From positions 1-39,723 of the forward strand of contig JAKLJY010000075.1 in assembly GCA_023150895.1 (NCBI GenBank): a stretch of 39,723 bases of DNA, written 5' to 3'. Position 1 is the stretch's first letter; every line of letters starts with the position of its first letter. Below are positions 1 through 8,379 of the stretch, piece by piece. The notes below the pieces were generated by a model. The model was not told the origin of the DNA. It searched no databases and saw only the letters and a list, made by a program, of their open reading frames with translations. Position numbers and translations under genes: made by a program. The stretch comes from Myxococcota bacterium (lineage in GTDB: Bacteria; Myxococcota_A; Bradymonadia; UBA7976; UBA1532).

Positions 1-758
1 CGGAGGCGCGGGCGCTTTTGAGCGAGGACGACACGGGGGGCGGGGGCGACGCGCCGGCGGGGTACGTGACGATTCCGACGGGCGAGTTCACGATGGGCTC
101 GCCGAGCGGGGAAAAGGGCCGCGACGGCGACGAGACACCGCACCGTGTGCGCATCACGCGAGGTTTCTACTTGAAAGCGACGGAGGTGACGCAGGGGGAG
201 TGGGAGTCGGTGATGGGGTCGAACCCGTCAGGATTCACCGACTGCGGGAAGACCTGCCCGGTCGAGAATGTCTCGTGGAACGACGCGGTGTCGTACCTGA
301 ACAAGCTGTCGGACCGAGAGGGCCTGGGGCGTTGCTACGACGCGAGCGGTGCGTTCGTGGGTTTGAGCTGCAAGGGGTACCGGCTGCCGACGGAAGCGGA
401 GTGGGAGTACGCGGCGCGTGCGGGGACGACGGGGGCGCGGCACGGTGACCTGGACGCCGTGGCGTGGTACGACGGCAACTCGGGAAGCACGACGCACCCG
501 GTGGGGAAGAAACGATCGAACGCGTGGGGGCTGTACGACATGTTGGGGAACGTGTCGGAGTGGACGAACGACCGGTATGGAGACTACGCAGATGGCACGG
601 GAACGGACCCCGTCGGTCCGGCCTCGGGCGAGATCCGCGTCCGCCGCGGGGGCAGTTGGGTCAACAACGCGCAGGGCGTGCGCGCCGCCCTCCGCCGCGG
701 GAGCACGCCCGACTACCGGAGCGGCAGCCTCGGTTTCCGCCCCCTCAGGGCTCGTTGA
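1..758 (+). CDS. 5'-truncated CDS encoding the C-terminal FGE-sulfatase (SUMF1/EgtB/PvdO-type) domain of a caspase–FGE fusion paralogue
   Basis: The frame continues from the window start (EARALLSEDDTGGGG…), matching the linker of paralogue 3. FGE-sulfatase hallmarks are present: RVRITRGFYL, TEAEWEYAARAG, GLYDMLGNVSEWTND, RVRRGGSW, GFRPLRAR*. Nucleotides 1–130 are near-identical to 7232–7360. Confidence 0.8.
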   Translation, partial: EARALLSEDDTGGGGDAPAGYVTIPTGEFTMGSPSGEKGRDGDETPHRVRITRGFYLKATEVTQGEWESVMGSNPSGFTDCGKTCPVENVSWNDAVSYLNKLSDREGLGRCYDASGAFVGLSCKGYRLPTEAEWEYAARAGTTGARHGDLDAVAWYDGNSGSTTHPVGKKRSNAWGLYDMLGNVSEWTNDRYGDYADGTGTDPVGPASGEIRVRRGGSWVNNAQGVRAALRRGSTPDYRSGSLGFRPLRAR

Positions 759-1010
759 CCCCTTGATCCTTGCACCCTCGATCCCTTGATCCACGCTCAC
801 CGAGCCGAAAGCGGACGCGGCGCCGGCCCCGGCGCGCTTGCGCGCCGAGAAGGGCACGGCAGAGCGGTCGCCGGCGAGCCCGCCCGCGCCGGTCGTAACG
901 GCGCGCGGGGGGTCGCAGTGGTCGCCGGCGAGGCCGCAGCGAGTGCCCTGCCGCGCGGCAGCCCGGGTGGGGTCCAGGGCAAAGCCCTGGTCGCGCAATC
1001 CTCAACCGTC
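759..1010. repeat. Intergenic structured repeat element, copy A (longest copy), immediately 3' of caspase–FGE paralogue 1
   Basis: Shares 'cccttgatccttgc…gatcccttgatcc…cgagccgaaagcgg…ggtcgccggcgaggccgcagcgagtgccctg(t/c)cgcgcggcagcccgggt(t/g)gggtccagggc..agccctggtc' with 3802–3940 and 8090–8305. It contains two predicted hairpins (gccgc-a-gcga/tcgc-gcggc and ccaggg/ccctgg). ORF-track 'proteins' through it (MRAEKGTAERS…, MPPRSLDP…, MRAEEGPP…) share sequence only because of the repeat. Confidence 0.6.
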
Positions 1011-1116
1011 AGTGAGCCGGACACACGCCCCGCCGCGCGACTTGAACTCCGGCCCGGCCTCTGACCTGATCGTCTCGTCCGGCCGCGCCTCGGCCGCCAT
1101 CCAGAGGGTCCCGTCC

Positions 1117-3801
1117 ATGTTTGCTCCCCGCCTGCTCGTTGCCACGGCCTTCGCACTCCTCGTCGGCGTGACTCTCGCGCCCTCCGCCGTCGCCCAGGAC
1201 GCCCCGAACGCGGCCGCGCGGTGGCCGAGCCTCACCGACGTGCCCCCGAAGGCGCCAGGCGGCGGGCAGGACGACGCGGCGGTCGTCGTGGGCATCGAGA
1301 AGTACGCCTTCTTGACGGGCATCCCCGGGGCGAAGGCCAACGCGCTGGCGTGGGAACGCTGGCTGCGCGACGTGCGACAAGTCCCCGGTGAACGCGTCCA
1401 TGTGCTCACGGACAACGACGGGACGCGGGAGAAGATCCTGACGCACGTGCGCAAGGCCGCGGCGGGGGTCCAGAAGGGTGGCACGCTCTGGATCGTGTTC
1501 ATCGGTCACGGCGCGCCGTCGCGGGAGAAACGCGCGGACGGGCAGGACGACGGGGTGCTGGTCGGGGTGGACGCGCAGCAGGATCCGGACGGTTTCTACG
1601 TGCGCGCGGTGGCGCAGGGCGACGTCGTCGGCGTCGCGCGGGAGACGGCCGCGCGGGGGGCCAACCCCGTGGTGATTCTGGACGCCTGCTTCTCGGGGCA
1701 GGACGCGACGGGGGCGTCGTTGTTGCCCGGCCGGATGGTCGCCCTGCCGGCCTCGCTGGCCCGAGTGGCCGACGTGATGGTCCTCTCCGCGGGCCGGGCG
1801 AAGGAGATGGCCGGTCCGCTGCCGGGGCCCGCCGACCGCCCCCGGCCGGCGTTCAGTTACCTGCTGCTCGGCGGTCTGCGCGGCTGGGCGGACGCCGGTG
1901 CCGCCGGCGCCCCGGGAGACGGTCGGGTGACCCCGGGCGAGGCGCTGTCCTACGTGCGCACCGTCTTCAACAAGCTCGATCCCACCCGGAGCCAGACGCC
2001 CGAGTGTTACCCCGAGAAGCTGTGCACCCGTCCGCTCGCGCGGAGCGCGGGTGAGAAGGCGCCCGACCTCGTGGCGCTCGCCCACCGCATGAGCGGGGGC
2101 GCCGGCAACGCCTACGGCCAGCCGTTTCAGCCGTTTCAGCCCTTCGACGGCGGGCTCGACTACGGGGAGAACATCCAGAACACCGTCGTCGACGACACGG
2201 GCTTCCTGCTCGTGACCTCGGAGCCGAGCGGCGCGACGGTGATGCTGAATGGCAAGGAGGTCGGCAAGACACCGTTCCAGAAGGAGGTGATGGTCGGCCG
2301 GTACCGCATCGTGCTCGAGGGGGTGGCGTTGCACCACGCGCACCAGGAGGAGATCACGCTGACGACGGCGGGGGCGAAGAAGAGGGTCACACTGCGGCCC
2401 GCGTTCGGGCGGTTGGTGGTCGAGACGACGCCGCCGGGCGCGCGGGTGAGCGTCGACGGGGCCGACGTCGGCGCAGGGCCGTACACCGATCCGCGGCGAC
2501 GCTCCGGGCGCTATGAGATCCGCGCGGCGGCGGACCTGTATCTGAGCGCGCGACAGACCGTCGAGGTCACCGACGGCCAGGAGACGCGCGTGTCATTGCG
2601 GCTCGAGCCCAACTTCGGCGCGCTGCGGGTCGAGAGCACGCCCCCCGGCGGCGAGATTCTGCTCGACGGCACGGCGACGGGGCAGGTGACGCCGTACACG
2701 TTCGAGCGCAAGCAAGTGGGCACCTACGCCGTCAGCGTGCGGCGGTCCGGATACGGCGAGCGCGGGGGCAAGGCGAGCGTGCGGGTCGGCGCCACCGAGA
2801 CGCTCGCGCTCACGCTGGAGGCGAAGCTCGGCCTGCTGTCGGTGACGTCCCTCGACGGCGACGGCGCCCCGTGCGAGGGCGCGCTCGCGGTGGACGGCGT
2901 GGCGCAGGGCACGACGCCGACCAAGGTGCAGCTCCCCGAGGGCCGCCACGAGGTGACGGTGAGGTGCGGCGCGGCCGAGGGCCGCGAGACCGTGCAGATC
3001 GGGCACAACGAGAAGGCCCGGGTGGAGGTGCGGATGCCGGCAAGGGCGCGGCCTCGGCCGTCGGAGGATCAGCCCGTGGTGACGTCGGGCGACGCGCCGG
3101 CGGGGTACGTGGCGATTCCGGCGGGGGAGTTCACGATGGGGTCGCCGAACGGGGAAGAGGGCCGCGAGAGCGACGAGAAGCAGCACCGTGTGCGCATCAC
3201 GCGTGGTTTCTACTTGAAAGCGACGGAGGTGACGCAGGGGGAGTGGGAGTCGGTGATGGGGTCGAATCCGTCGCACTTCAAGAGTTGCGGGGAGGATTGC
3301 CCGGTCGAGAACGTCTCGTGGACGGACGCGGTGTCGTACCTGAACAAGCTGTCGGACCGTGAGGGGCTGGGGCGGTGCTACGACGGGAACGACCGCTTCG
3401 TGGGTCTGAGCTGCAAGGGGTATCGGCTGCCGACGGAGGCAGAGTGGGAGTATGCCGCGCGTGCGGGGACGACGGGTGCGCGATACGGGGACCTGGACGC
3501 AGTCGCGTGGTACCGCGACAACTCAGGAAGAACGACGCACCCTGTCGGGCAGCAACGAGCGAGCTCTTGGGGGCTGTACGACATGCTCGGAAACGTGTGG
3601 GAGTGGACGAACGACTGGTATGCGGATTACCCGGGAGGGACGGTGACGGACCCCGTCGGTCCGGCCTCGGGCGAGCGCCGCGTCTTCCGCGGGGGCACTT
3701 GTTACTACGGCGCGCGGTTCGTGCGCGCCGCCAGCCGCCTCAGGTTCACGCCCGACCTCCGGGACAACGTCCTCGGTTTCCGCCCCCTCAGGGCTCGTTG
3801 A
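1117..3801 (+). CDS. Secreted multidomain protein: signal peptide, caspase-like peptidase C14 domain, PEGA repeats, C-terminal FGE-sulfatase domain
   Basis: N-terminus MFAPRLLVATAFALLVGVTLAPSAVAQ is a signal peptide. Caspase His/Cys motifs are LWIVFIGHGAP and VILDACFSG. Repeated PEGA-like units occur (TPPGARVSVDGADVG…, STPPGGEILLDGTATGQVTPYTF…, GALAVDGVAQGTTPTKV). The C-terminus carries FGE motifs (RVRITRGFYLKATEVTQGEWE, LPTEAEWEYAARAG, GLYDMLGNVWEWTND, RVFRGG, GFRPLRAR*). Start was set by frame arithmetic from ORF 838..3801. Confidence 0.8.
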   Translation: MFAPRLLVATAFALLVGVTLAPSAVAQDAPNAAARWPSLTDVPPKAPGGGQDDAAVVVGIEKYAFLTGIPGAKANALAWERWLRDVRQVPGERVHVLTDNDGTREKILTHVRKAAAGVQKGGTLWIVFIGHGAPSREKRADGQDDGVLVGVDAQQDPDGFYVRAVAQGDVVGVARETAARGANPVVILDACFSGQDATGASLLPGRMVALPASLARVADVMVLSAGRAKEMAGPLPGPADRPRPAFSYLLLGGLRGWADAGAAGAPGDGRVTPGEALSYVRTVFNKLDPTRSQTPECYPEKLCTRPLARSAGEKAPDLVALAHRMSGGAGNAYGQPFQPFQPFDGGLDYGENIQNTVVDDTGFLLVTSEPSGATVMLNGKEVGKTPFQKEVMVGRYRIVLEGVALHHAHQEEITLTTAGAKKRVTLRPAFGRLVVETTPPGARVSVDGADVGAGPYTDPRRRSGRYEIRAAADLYLSARQTVEVTDGQETRVSLRLEPNFGALRVESTPPGGEILLDGTATGQVTPYTFERKQVGTYAVSVRRSGYGERGGKASVRVGATETLALTLEAKLGLLSVTSLDGDGAPCEGALAVDGVAQGTTPTKVQLPEGRHEVTVRCGAAEGRETVQIGHNEKARVEVRMPARARPRPSEDQPVVTSGDAPAGYVAIPAGEFTMGSPNGEEGRESDEKQHRVRITRGFYLKATEVTQGEWESVMGSNPSHFKSCGEDCPVENVSWTDAVSYLNKLSDREGLGRCYDGNDRFVGLSCKGYRLPTEAEWEYAARAGTTGARYGDLDAVAWYRDNSGRTTHPVGQQRASSWGLYDMLGNVWEWTNDWYADYPGGTVTDPVGPASGERRVFRGGTCYYGARFVRAASRLRFTPDLRDNVLGFRPLRAR

Positions 3802-3940
3802 TCCCTTGATCCTTGCCCCCTCGATCCCTTGATCCATGCTCATCGAGCCGAAAGCGGTCGCCGGCGAGGCCGCAGCGAGTGCCCTGTCGCGCGGCAGCCC
3901 GGGTTGGGTCCAGGGCGGAGCCCTGGTCGGGCACTCTTCA
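3802..3940. repeat. Intergenic structured repeat element, copy B (internally deleted variant)
   Basis: Same cccttgatcc direct repeats and conserved hairpin core as copies A and C. Relative to copy A it lacks the segment between two 'gcggtcgccggcgag' direct repeats. Confidence 0.6.
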
Positions 3941-3950
3941 CACGACGGGC

Positions 3951-4553
3951 CTAGCCACCGAGACGACGGAGCGCCTTGCCGAGCTCGTCCATGAAGTGGC
4001 CCAGCGAAGGGCTGCCCTTCGACGCACGGAACGGATCGAGGAAGGGCATCAGATCGGCCGCGACGTCCATCGGATCGTTGAGCACCGGGATGCCCGCCGC
4101 CTCCAGCGCGTCGCGCAACCAGACCTTGTAGCCGCGGCGCCCGGGCTTGGCCGGTGGCGGCCCGGGGTCGACGCCGAGCGCCGACTTCAACGCGACGCGG
4201 TCGGCGGCGCACCAGGCCTCGACGTGCGGGTCCGGGCACGCGATGACCGTCTCCCGGAAGAGATCGGGCTGCAGATGCGCCGCGACACTGCGGCGCTGGG
4301 CGCCCCAGCCCTCACCGTTGGCGTCGATCATCACCACGAGAAGGTCCGCCGTCGAGGGCGCGACACCGCGGGCCAGGGACCGTTGCCACAAGTCGAGCTC
4401 GCTCAACGCGCGGCCGTGCCCGCCCCGGGCCGATCGGGCCGTCACGGTCGGGAGAGGCAGTTTCCGTTCGTCGGCCAGCCTGCGGATGAGGGCCCGCGCG
4501 AACGCCTCGTGGCCGGCGTCCTCGCAGAAGAGATCGATCTCCAGGTCAGCCAT
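3951..4553 (-). CDS. DUF4276-like protein (predicted divergent TOPRIM/OLD-nuclease-like partner of the upstream ATPase)
   Basis: N-terminus MADLEIDLFCEDAGHEAF… fits the short-strand plus acidic/Glu start typical of DUF4276. An LLVVMIDANGEGW acidic motif is present. It is about 200 aa, the usual size for the family. Its start codon overlaps the ATPase stop by 8 bp (ATGGCTGA). Family assignment is from remembered motif patterns only, not a search. Confidence 0.5.
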   Translation of the reverse strand: MADLEIDLFCEDAGHEAFARALIRRLADERKLPLPTVTARSARGGHGRALSELDLWQRSLARGVAPSTADLLVVMIDANGEGWGAQRRSVAAHLQPDLFRETVIACPDPHVEAWCAADRVALKSALGVDPGPPPAKPGRRGYKVWLRDALEAAGIPVLNDPMDVAADLMPFLDPFRASKGSPSLGHFMDELGKALRRLGG

Positions 4554-5796
4554 CCATCCAACCCCGCGTGACGGCCGCCTGAACCACGGCCGCGTCCTCC
4601 GCGGCGACGAGCGCCTCGCGCAGCGCCTGGTCCGCAAAGAGGGGGCCGGTCGGGTCGAACCCCTTCAATCGCGTGCCATGCGCGCCGACGCTGCATTGCA
4701 GCAAGCGCACGTCCCGGGCGTCGAGGTCGCCCTCCCGGACGAGCCCGATGATCTCACCGACGACGATGGGTGAGTGGGTCGTCACGATGACCTGCCGGCG
4801 CCGAGACGCCGTGGCGAGCAGGCGGCTGACGACCTCGATGCGGCGCGGGTGCACGCCGTTCTCGGGCTCCTCGAAGGCGAGCAGGCCGGTCTCGAGCGGA
4901 CTTGCGGCCATTGCGCACAGCGCCAGCACCCGCAGCGTGCCTTCCGAGATGACCCGACCGGAGAGCCAGAGGCCATCTTGTTTGATCTTCAGGTCGATCT
5001 CGCCACGTGCGGCCACGAGCTCGGTGTCGATGGCCTCGATGCTGGGCACGACCGCCCGGACACCTCGCACGACCGCGTCGAACGCCGGCTTCCACTCCGG
5101 CGTCGACCTGAGGCGGTGCAGAAACGGAACCAGGTGTTCGCCGCGCGCGCCGATGTCGTCGACCTCGCGCGGCGGTTGAGCGCCGCGCATACGCTCGCCC
5201 GGGTCCAGATACACGACTCGCCAGGCACCGATCTCGTGCCGGAGCGCGTCGAAGTCCGGGAACCGTTCGGCGCCCGCGTACTGCCGGTTCGAGGCGAAGC
5301 TGTGGCCGAGTCCCACGGGTTCGACGAAGGGGTGGCTTTGGCCTCCCTTGCGCCGGACGCGGAAACTCGACTTGCCCTCCGCGTCCACGCGCTCGAGGGC
5401 AGGCATCCCCTTGGGCGTCGACGCCTTCGTGAGGCGGCCGAGCCACTCGTCCGTCAGAAACATCTGCCCGGTCTCGGTGCGGGCGCCGACGGCCACGCGA
5501 TAGCGCAGGTCGCCCCCCTGCGCGGGCGACAGGTCGGCCGAGAACTCGATCGGGGCCGGGTTGCCTTGGCCTTCGGGGAACGGACGCGAGAAGGCCTCCA
5601 TCGGGTAGCCGCGCAGGCCGGCGTCGAAGGCCTCCGCCAGCGTGCGCTCGCCCACCAGGCGGGAGAGCAGGACGAGCGACTCCAGCAGGTTGCTCTTCCC
5701 CGCCGCGTTCGGGCCGAACACGACGACGAGCCGACCGAACTCGGCCTCGACGTGTCGCAGCGACTTGAATCCTCGAACGGTCAGTCTGTGAAGCAT
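4546..5796 (-). CDS. AAA_21/AAA_15-type ABC ATPase (OLD/AriA/AbiLi-like predicted ATP-binding protein)
   Basis: N-terminus MLHRLTVRGFKSLRHVEAEFGRLVVVFGPNAAGKSNLLESL is a Walker A motif in the SMC/RecF/OLD-like ABC configuration. The C-terminus has QVIVTTHSPIVV (Walker B / D-loop / H-loop region). Start was chosen at the Met preceding the conserved N-terminal strand (residue 113 of ORF 4546..6132). Confidence 0.7.
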   Translation of the reverse strand: MLHRLTVRGFKSLRHVEAEFGRLVVVFGPNAAGKSNLLESLVLLSRLVGERTLAEAFDAGLRGYPMEAFSRPFPEGQGNPAPIEFSADLSPAQGGDLRYRVAVGARTETGQMFLTDEWLGRLTKASTPKGMPALERVDAEGKSSFRVRRKGGQSHPFVEPVGLGHSFASNRQYAGAERFPDFDALRHEIGAWRVVYLDPGERMRGAQPPREVDDIGARGEHLVPFLHRLRSTPEWKPAFDAVVRGVRAVVPSIEAIDTELVAARGEIDLKIKQDGLWLSGRVISEGTLRVLALCAMAASPLETGLLAFEEPENGVHPRRIEVVSRLLATASRRRQVIVTTHSPIVVGEIIGLVREGDLDARDVRLLQCSVGAHGTRLKGFDPTGPLFADQALREALVAAEDAAVVQAAVTRGWMDG

Positions 5797-5989
5797 GGCG
5801 TTCGATACCACGAAGCGCCGCGCGCGTCGAAGGCCGGGGTCCCGCCGCGGTGCCCGACACTCCCGACGCACGCCGTCGGATGCGTGTGCGCCGTGCGTCA
5901 TGCGCGCAGGTCGTGCCCCCGCACGCCCCTTGAATTCCACACCGGCCCGTGCGTCGATCCGGTCCTGATTCAACCGCGCGGGGGCCGCG

Positions 5990-8089
5990 ATGTTTCTCAC
6001 AAATCGAACACTGGTTGCCGCCGTCACGTTGTCGGCGCTCACGACGCTGGCCCCGGGCCTCTCGGACGCGGCGACGCCGGCGCGGTGGCCGACGCTGGCG
6101 GAGCCGCCGGCGGGCGCGGCGGGCGGGGGCAAGGCGGACGCGGCGGTGATTGTGGGGGTGGAGGACTACGCCTTTCTGCCGGACGTGCCGGGGGCGGTGG
6201 CGAACGCGAACGCGTGGGAGACGTGGCTGGAGCGGACGCGGAAGGTGCCGGGGGAGCGCATCCGGGTGCTGCGCAACGAGCAGGGGACGAACTCGAAGAT
6301 CAAGGCGGCGCTGGAGGGCGCGGCGAAGGACGTGCAGCGCGGCGGGACGCTGTGGGTGGTCTTCATCGGGCACGGCGCGCCGATGGCGCAGACGAACGAC
6401 GGCGTGCTGGTGGGGGTGGACGCTCAGCAGGACCCGCTGGGGTTCTACAGCCGCGGCCTGCGGCGCGGCGAGGTGCTCGAGGTCGCGGGCCGCGCGGCGG
6501 CGCGGGGGGCGAACCCGGTGGTGGTGCTGGACGCATGCTTCAGCGGGCGTTCGGCGGGGGGCGCGTCGCTGTTGCCGGGGTCGCAGGTGGCGCTGCCGGC
6601 GTCGTTCGCGACGGCGGGGTCGGTGACGGTGCTGAGCGCCGGGGCGGCGCACGAGATCGCGGGCCCGCTGCCCGGGCCGGTGGACGTGCAGCGGCCGGCG
6701 TTCAGCTACCTGATGCTGGGGGCGCTGCTGGGCTGGGCCGACGGGGCGCTGGACGAGCGTGCCGACGGCGAGGTGACCGTGCCCGAGGCGCTGACCTACG
6801 TGCGGCGCGCGCTGCGAAAGCTGGACGCGACCCGCGAGCAAACGCCGGAGTGCGCGCCTGCGGAGCGCTGCGGGGCGTCGCTGGGCAAGAGCGCGGGCGA
6901 GCGGGGGCCGGACCTCGGGGCGCTGGCGGGGGTGGTGAACCCGCCGGTGCGACCCGTCGACCCGGGGCCGTCCGGCGGCGGGTTCGACGCGGCGATTCGT
7001 GCGGCGCTGGAGAAGCAGGCTGCGGCGGACGCAGCGCGTGCGGAGGCGGAGCGGGTAGCGGCGGAGGCGGCGAGGCTGGAGCGCGAGGCGCGTGCGGCGC
7101 ACCTCGCGCGGGTGGACGCGGACTTCACGAAGGTGAAGACGGCGGCGAAGGCGGGGCCGTTGGCGGCGAAGGCGGCGGTGGAGGCGTTCATCGGGGCGTA
7201 CGCGAAGCACCCTTTGGGGAACCCGCGGGAGGCGGAGGCGCGGGCGCTTTTGAGCGAGGACGACACGGGGGGCGGGGGCGACGCGCCGGCGGGGTACGTG
7301 ACGATTCCGGCGGGCGAATTCATGATGGGGTCGCCGGAAAGTGAAGAGGGCTATTGCTGGGGCGAGAAACGCCACCGTGTGCGCATCACGCGCGGTTTCT
7401 ACTTGAAAGCGACGGAGGTGACGCAAGGGGAGTGGGAATCGGTGATGGGGTCGAACCCGTCGCGCTTCAAGAACTGTGGGAAGACCTGCCCGGTAGAGAG
7501 TGTCTCGTGGATCGACGCGGTGTCGTACCTGAACAAGTTGTCGGACCATGAGGATCTGCCGCGGTGCTACCACGCGAACGGGGCGTTCGTGGGGCTGAGC
7601 TGCAAGGGGTACCGGCTGCCGACGGAGGCGGAGTGGGAGTACGCGGCGCGTGCGGGGACGACGGGGGCGGTGTACGCGGGGACGTGGGACATCGTGGGGG
7701 AGAACAACGCGCCAGCGCTGGGACCCATCGCCTGGTACGGGGGGAACAGCGGGGTCTCCTACGAAGGGGGATCTTGGTGCGGCGATCGGCCGGAGAAGCA
7801 GGAGGCATCGAGCACGTGCGGCACGCACCCGGTGGGGCAGAAGCGCGCGAACGCGTGGGGGTTGTTCGACATGCTCGGAAACGTGGAAGAGTGGACGAAC
7901 GACTGGAGTGATCAATACCCGGGAGGCAAGGAGACGGACCCCGTCGGTCCGGCCTCGGGCGGGTTCCGAAGCACCCGCGGGGGCGGTTGGAGCAACATTG
8001 CGCGCCACGTGCGCGCCGCCGTCCGCGGCTGGTACGCGCCCGGCAACCGGTTCGACTACCTCGGTTTCCGCCCCCTCAGGGCTCGTTGA
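5990..8089 (+). CDS. Secreted caspase-like (peptidase C14)–coiled-coil–FGE-sulfatase fusion protein (paralogue 3)
   Basis: Signal peptide MFLTNRTLVAAVTLSALTTLAPGLSDA. Caspase motifs LWVVFIGHGAP and VVLDACFSG. Ala/Glu/Arg-rich coiled-coil linker (AAADAARAEAERVAAEAARLEREARAAH). FGE domain with an about 50-aa insertion (VYAGTWDIVGENNAP…CGTHPVG) and C-terminal GFRPLRAR*. Confidence 0.8.
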   Translation: MFLTNRTLVAAVTLSALTTLAPGLSDAATPARWPTLAEPPAGAAGGGKADAAVIVGVEDYAFLPDVPGAVANANAWETWLERTRKVPGERIRVLRNEQGTNSKIKAALEGAAKDVQRGGTLWVVFIGHGAPMAQTNDGVLVGVDAQQDPLGFYSRGLRRGEVLEVAGRAAARGANPVVVLDACFSGRSAGGASLLPGSQVALPASFATAGSVTVLSAGAAHEIAGPLPGPVDVQRPAFSYLMLGALLGWADGALDERADGEVTVPEALTYVRRALRKLDATREQTPECAPAERCGASLGKSAGERGPDLGALAGVVNPPVRPVDPGPSGGGFDAAIRAALEKQAAADAARAEAERVAAEAARLEREARAAHLARVDADFTKVKTAAKAGPLAAKAAVEAFIGAYAKHPLGNPREAEARALLSEDDTGGGGDAPAGYVTIPAGEFMMGSPESEEGYCWGEKRHRVRITRGFYLKATEVTQGEWESVMGSNPSRFKNCGKTCPVESVSWIDAVSYLNKLSDHEDLPRCYHANGAFVGLSCKGYRLPTEAEWEYAARAGTTGAVYAGTWDIVGENNAPALGPIAWYGGNSGVSYEGGSWCGDRPEKQEASSTCGTHPVGQKRANAWGLFDMLGNVEEWTNDWSDQYPGGKETDPVGPASGGFRSTRGGGWSNIARHVRAAVRGWYAPGNRFDYLGFRPLRAR

Positions 8090-8305
8090 CCCCTTGATCC
8101 TTGCCCCCGTGATCCCTTGATCGACGACGACCGAGCCGACAGCGGACGCGGCGCCGGCCCCGGCGCGCTTGCGCGCCGAAGAGGGCCCGCCCGCGCCGGT
8201 CGTAACGGCGCGCGGGGGGTCGCAGCGGTCGCCGGCGAGGCCGCAGCGAGTGCCCTGTCGCGCGGCAGCCCGGGTTGGGTCCAGGGCGGAGCCCTGGTCA
8301 AGCGA
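8090..8305. repeat. Intergenic structured repeat element, copy C
   Basis: Near-identical to copy A except for a roughly 24-bp deletion. It sits directly after the stop of paralogue 3. Confidence 0.6.
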
Positions 8306-8379
8306 TGGTCGACCTGCCGCTCTGGCAGCCCGGCCGACCGCACCTTGCGACACTCGGCCCGTCGTGGCACCGTCTGGGC

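Noticed and set aside
2120-2146. 9-bp tandem repeat cagccgttt ×2–3 (encodes QPFQPF) inside paralogue 2
   Set aside because: Minor in-frame micro-repeat in a linker region; no independent feature.
3813-4571. ORFs that start inside the intergenic repeat copies (3813..4571 +, 8169..8642 +, N-terminal extension of 838..3801) and share 'SPARPQRVPCRAAARVGSRA' peptides
   Set aside because: The shared peptide is just the translated repeat element. Downstream parts are antisense or out of frame to supported genes and Arg-rich. The N-terminal extension of 838..3801 is replaced by a start at 1117, which gives a signal peptide.
4774-7344. 856-aa plus-strand ORF overlapping the ATPase/DUF4276 genes and paralogue 3 in another frame
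   Set aside because: Gly/Arg/Ala-rich low complexity (GGRGGRGQGGRGGD…). No motif; it overlaps better-supported genes.
4754-8353. 1199-aa ORF on the minus strand spanning the ATPase start region and all of paralogue 3
   Set aside because: Extremely Arg/Pro/Gly-rich low-complexity translation (RRRLRQRRPPRRRRR…) antisense to a well-supported gene. Typical out-of-frame artefact of roughly 70% GC DNA.
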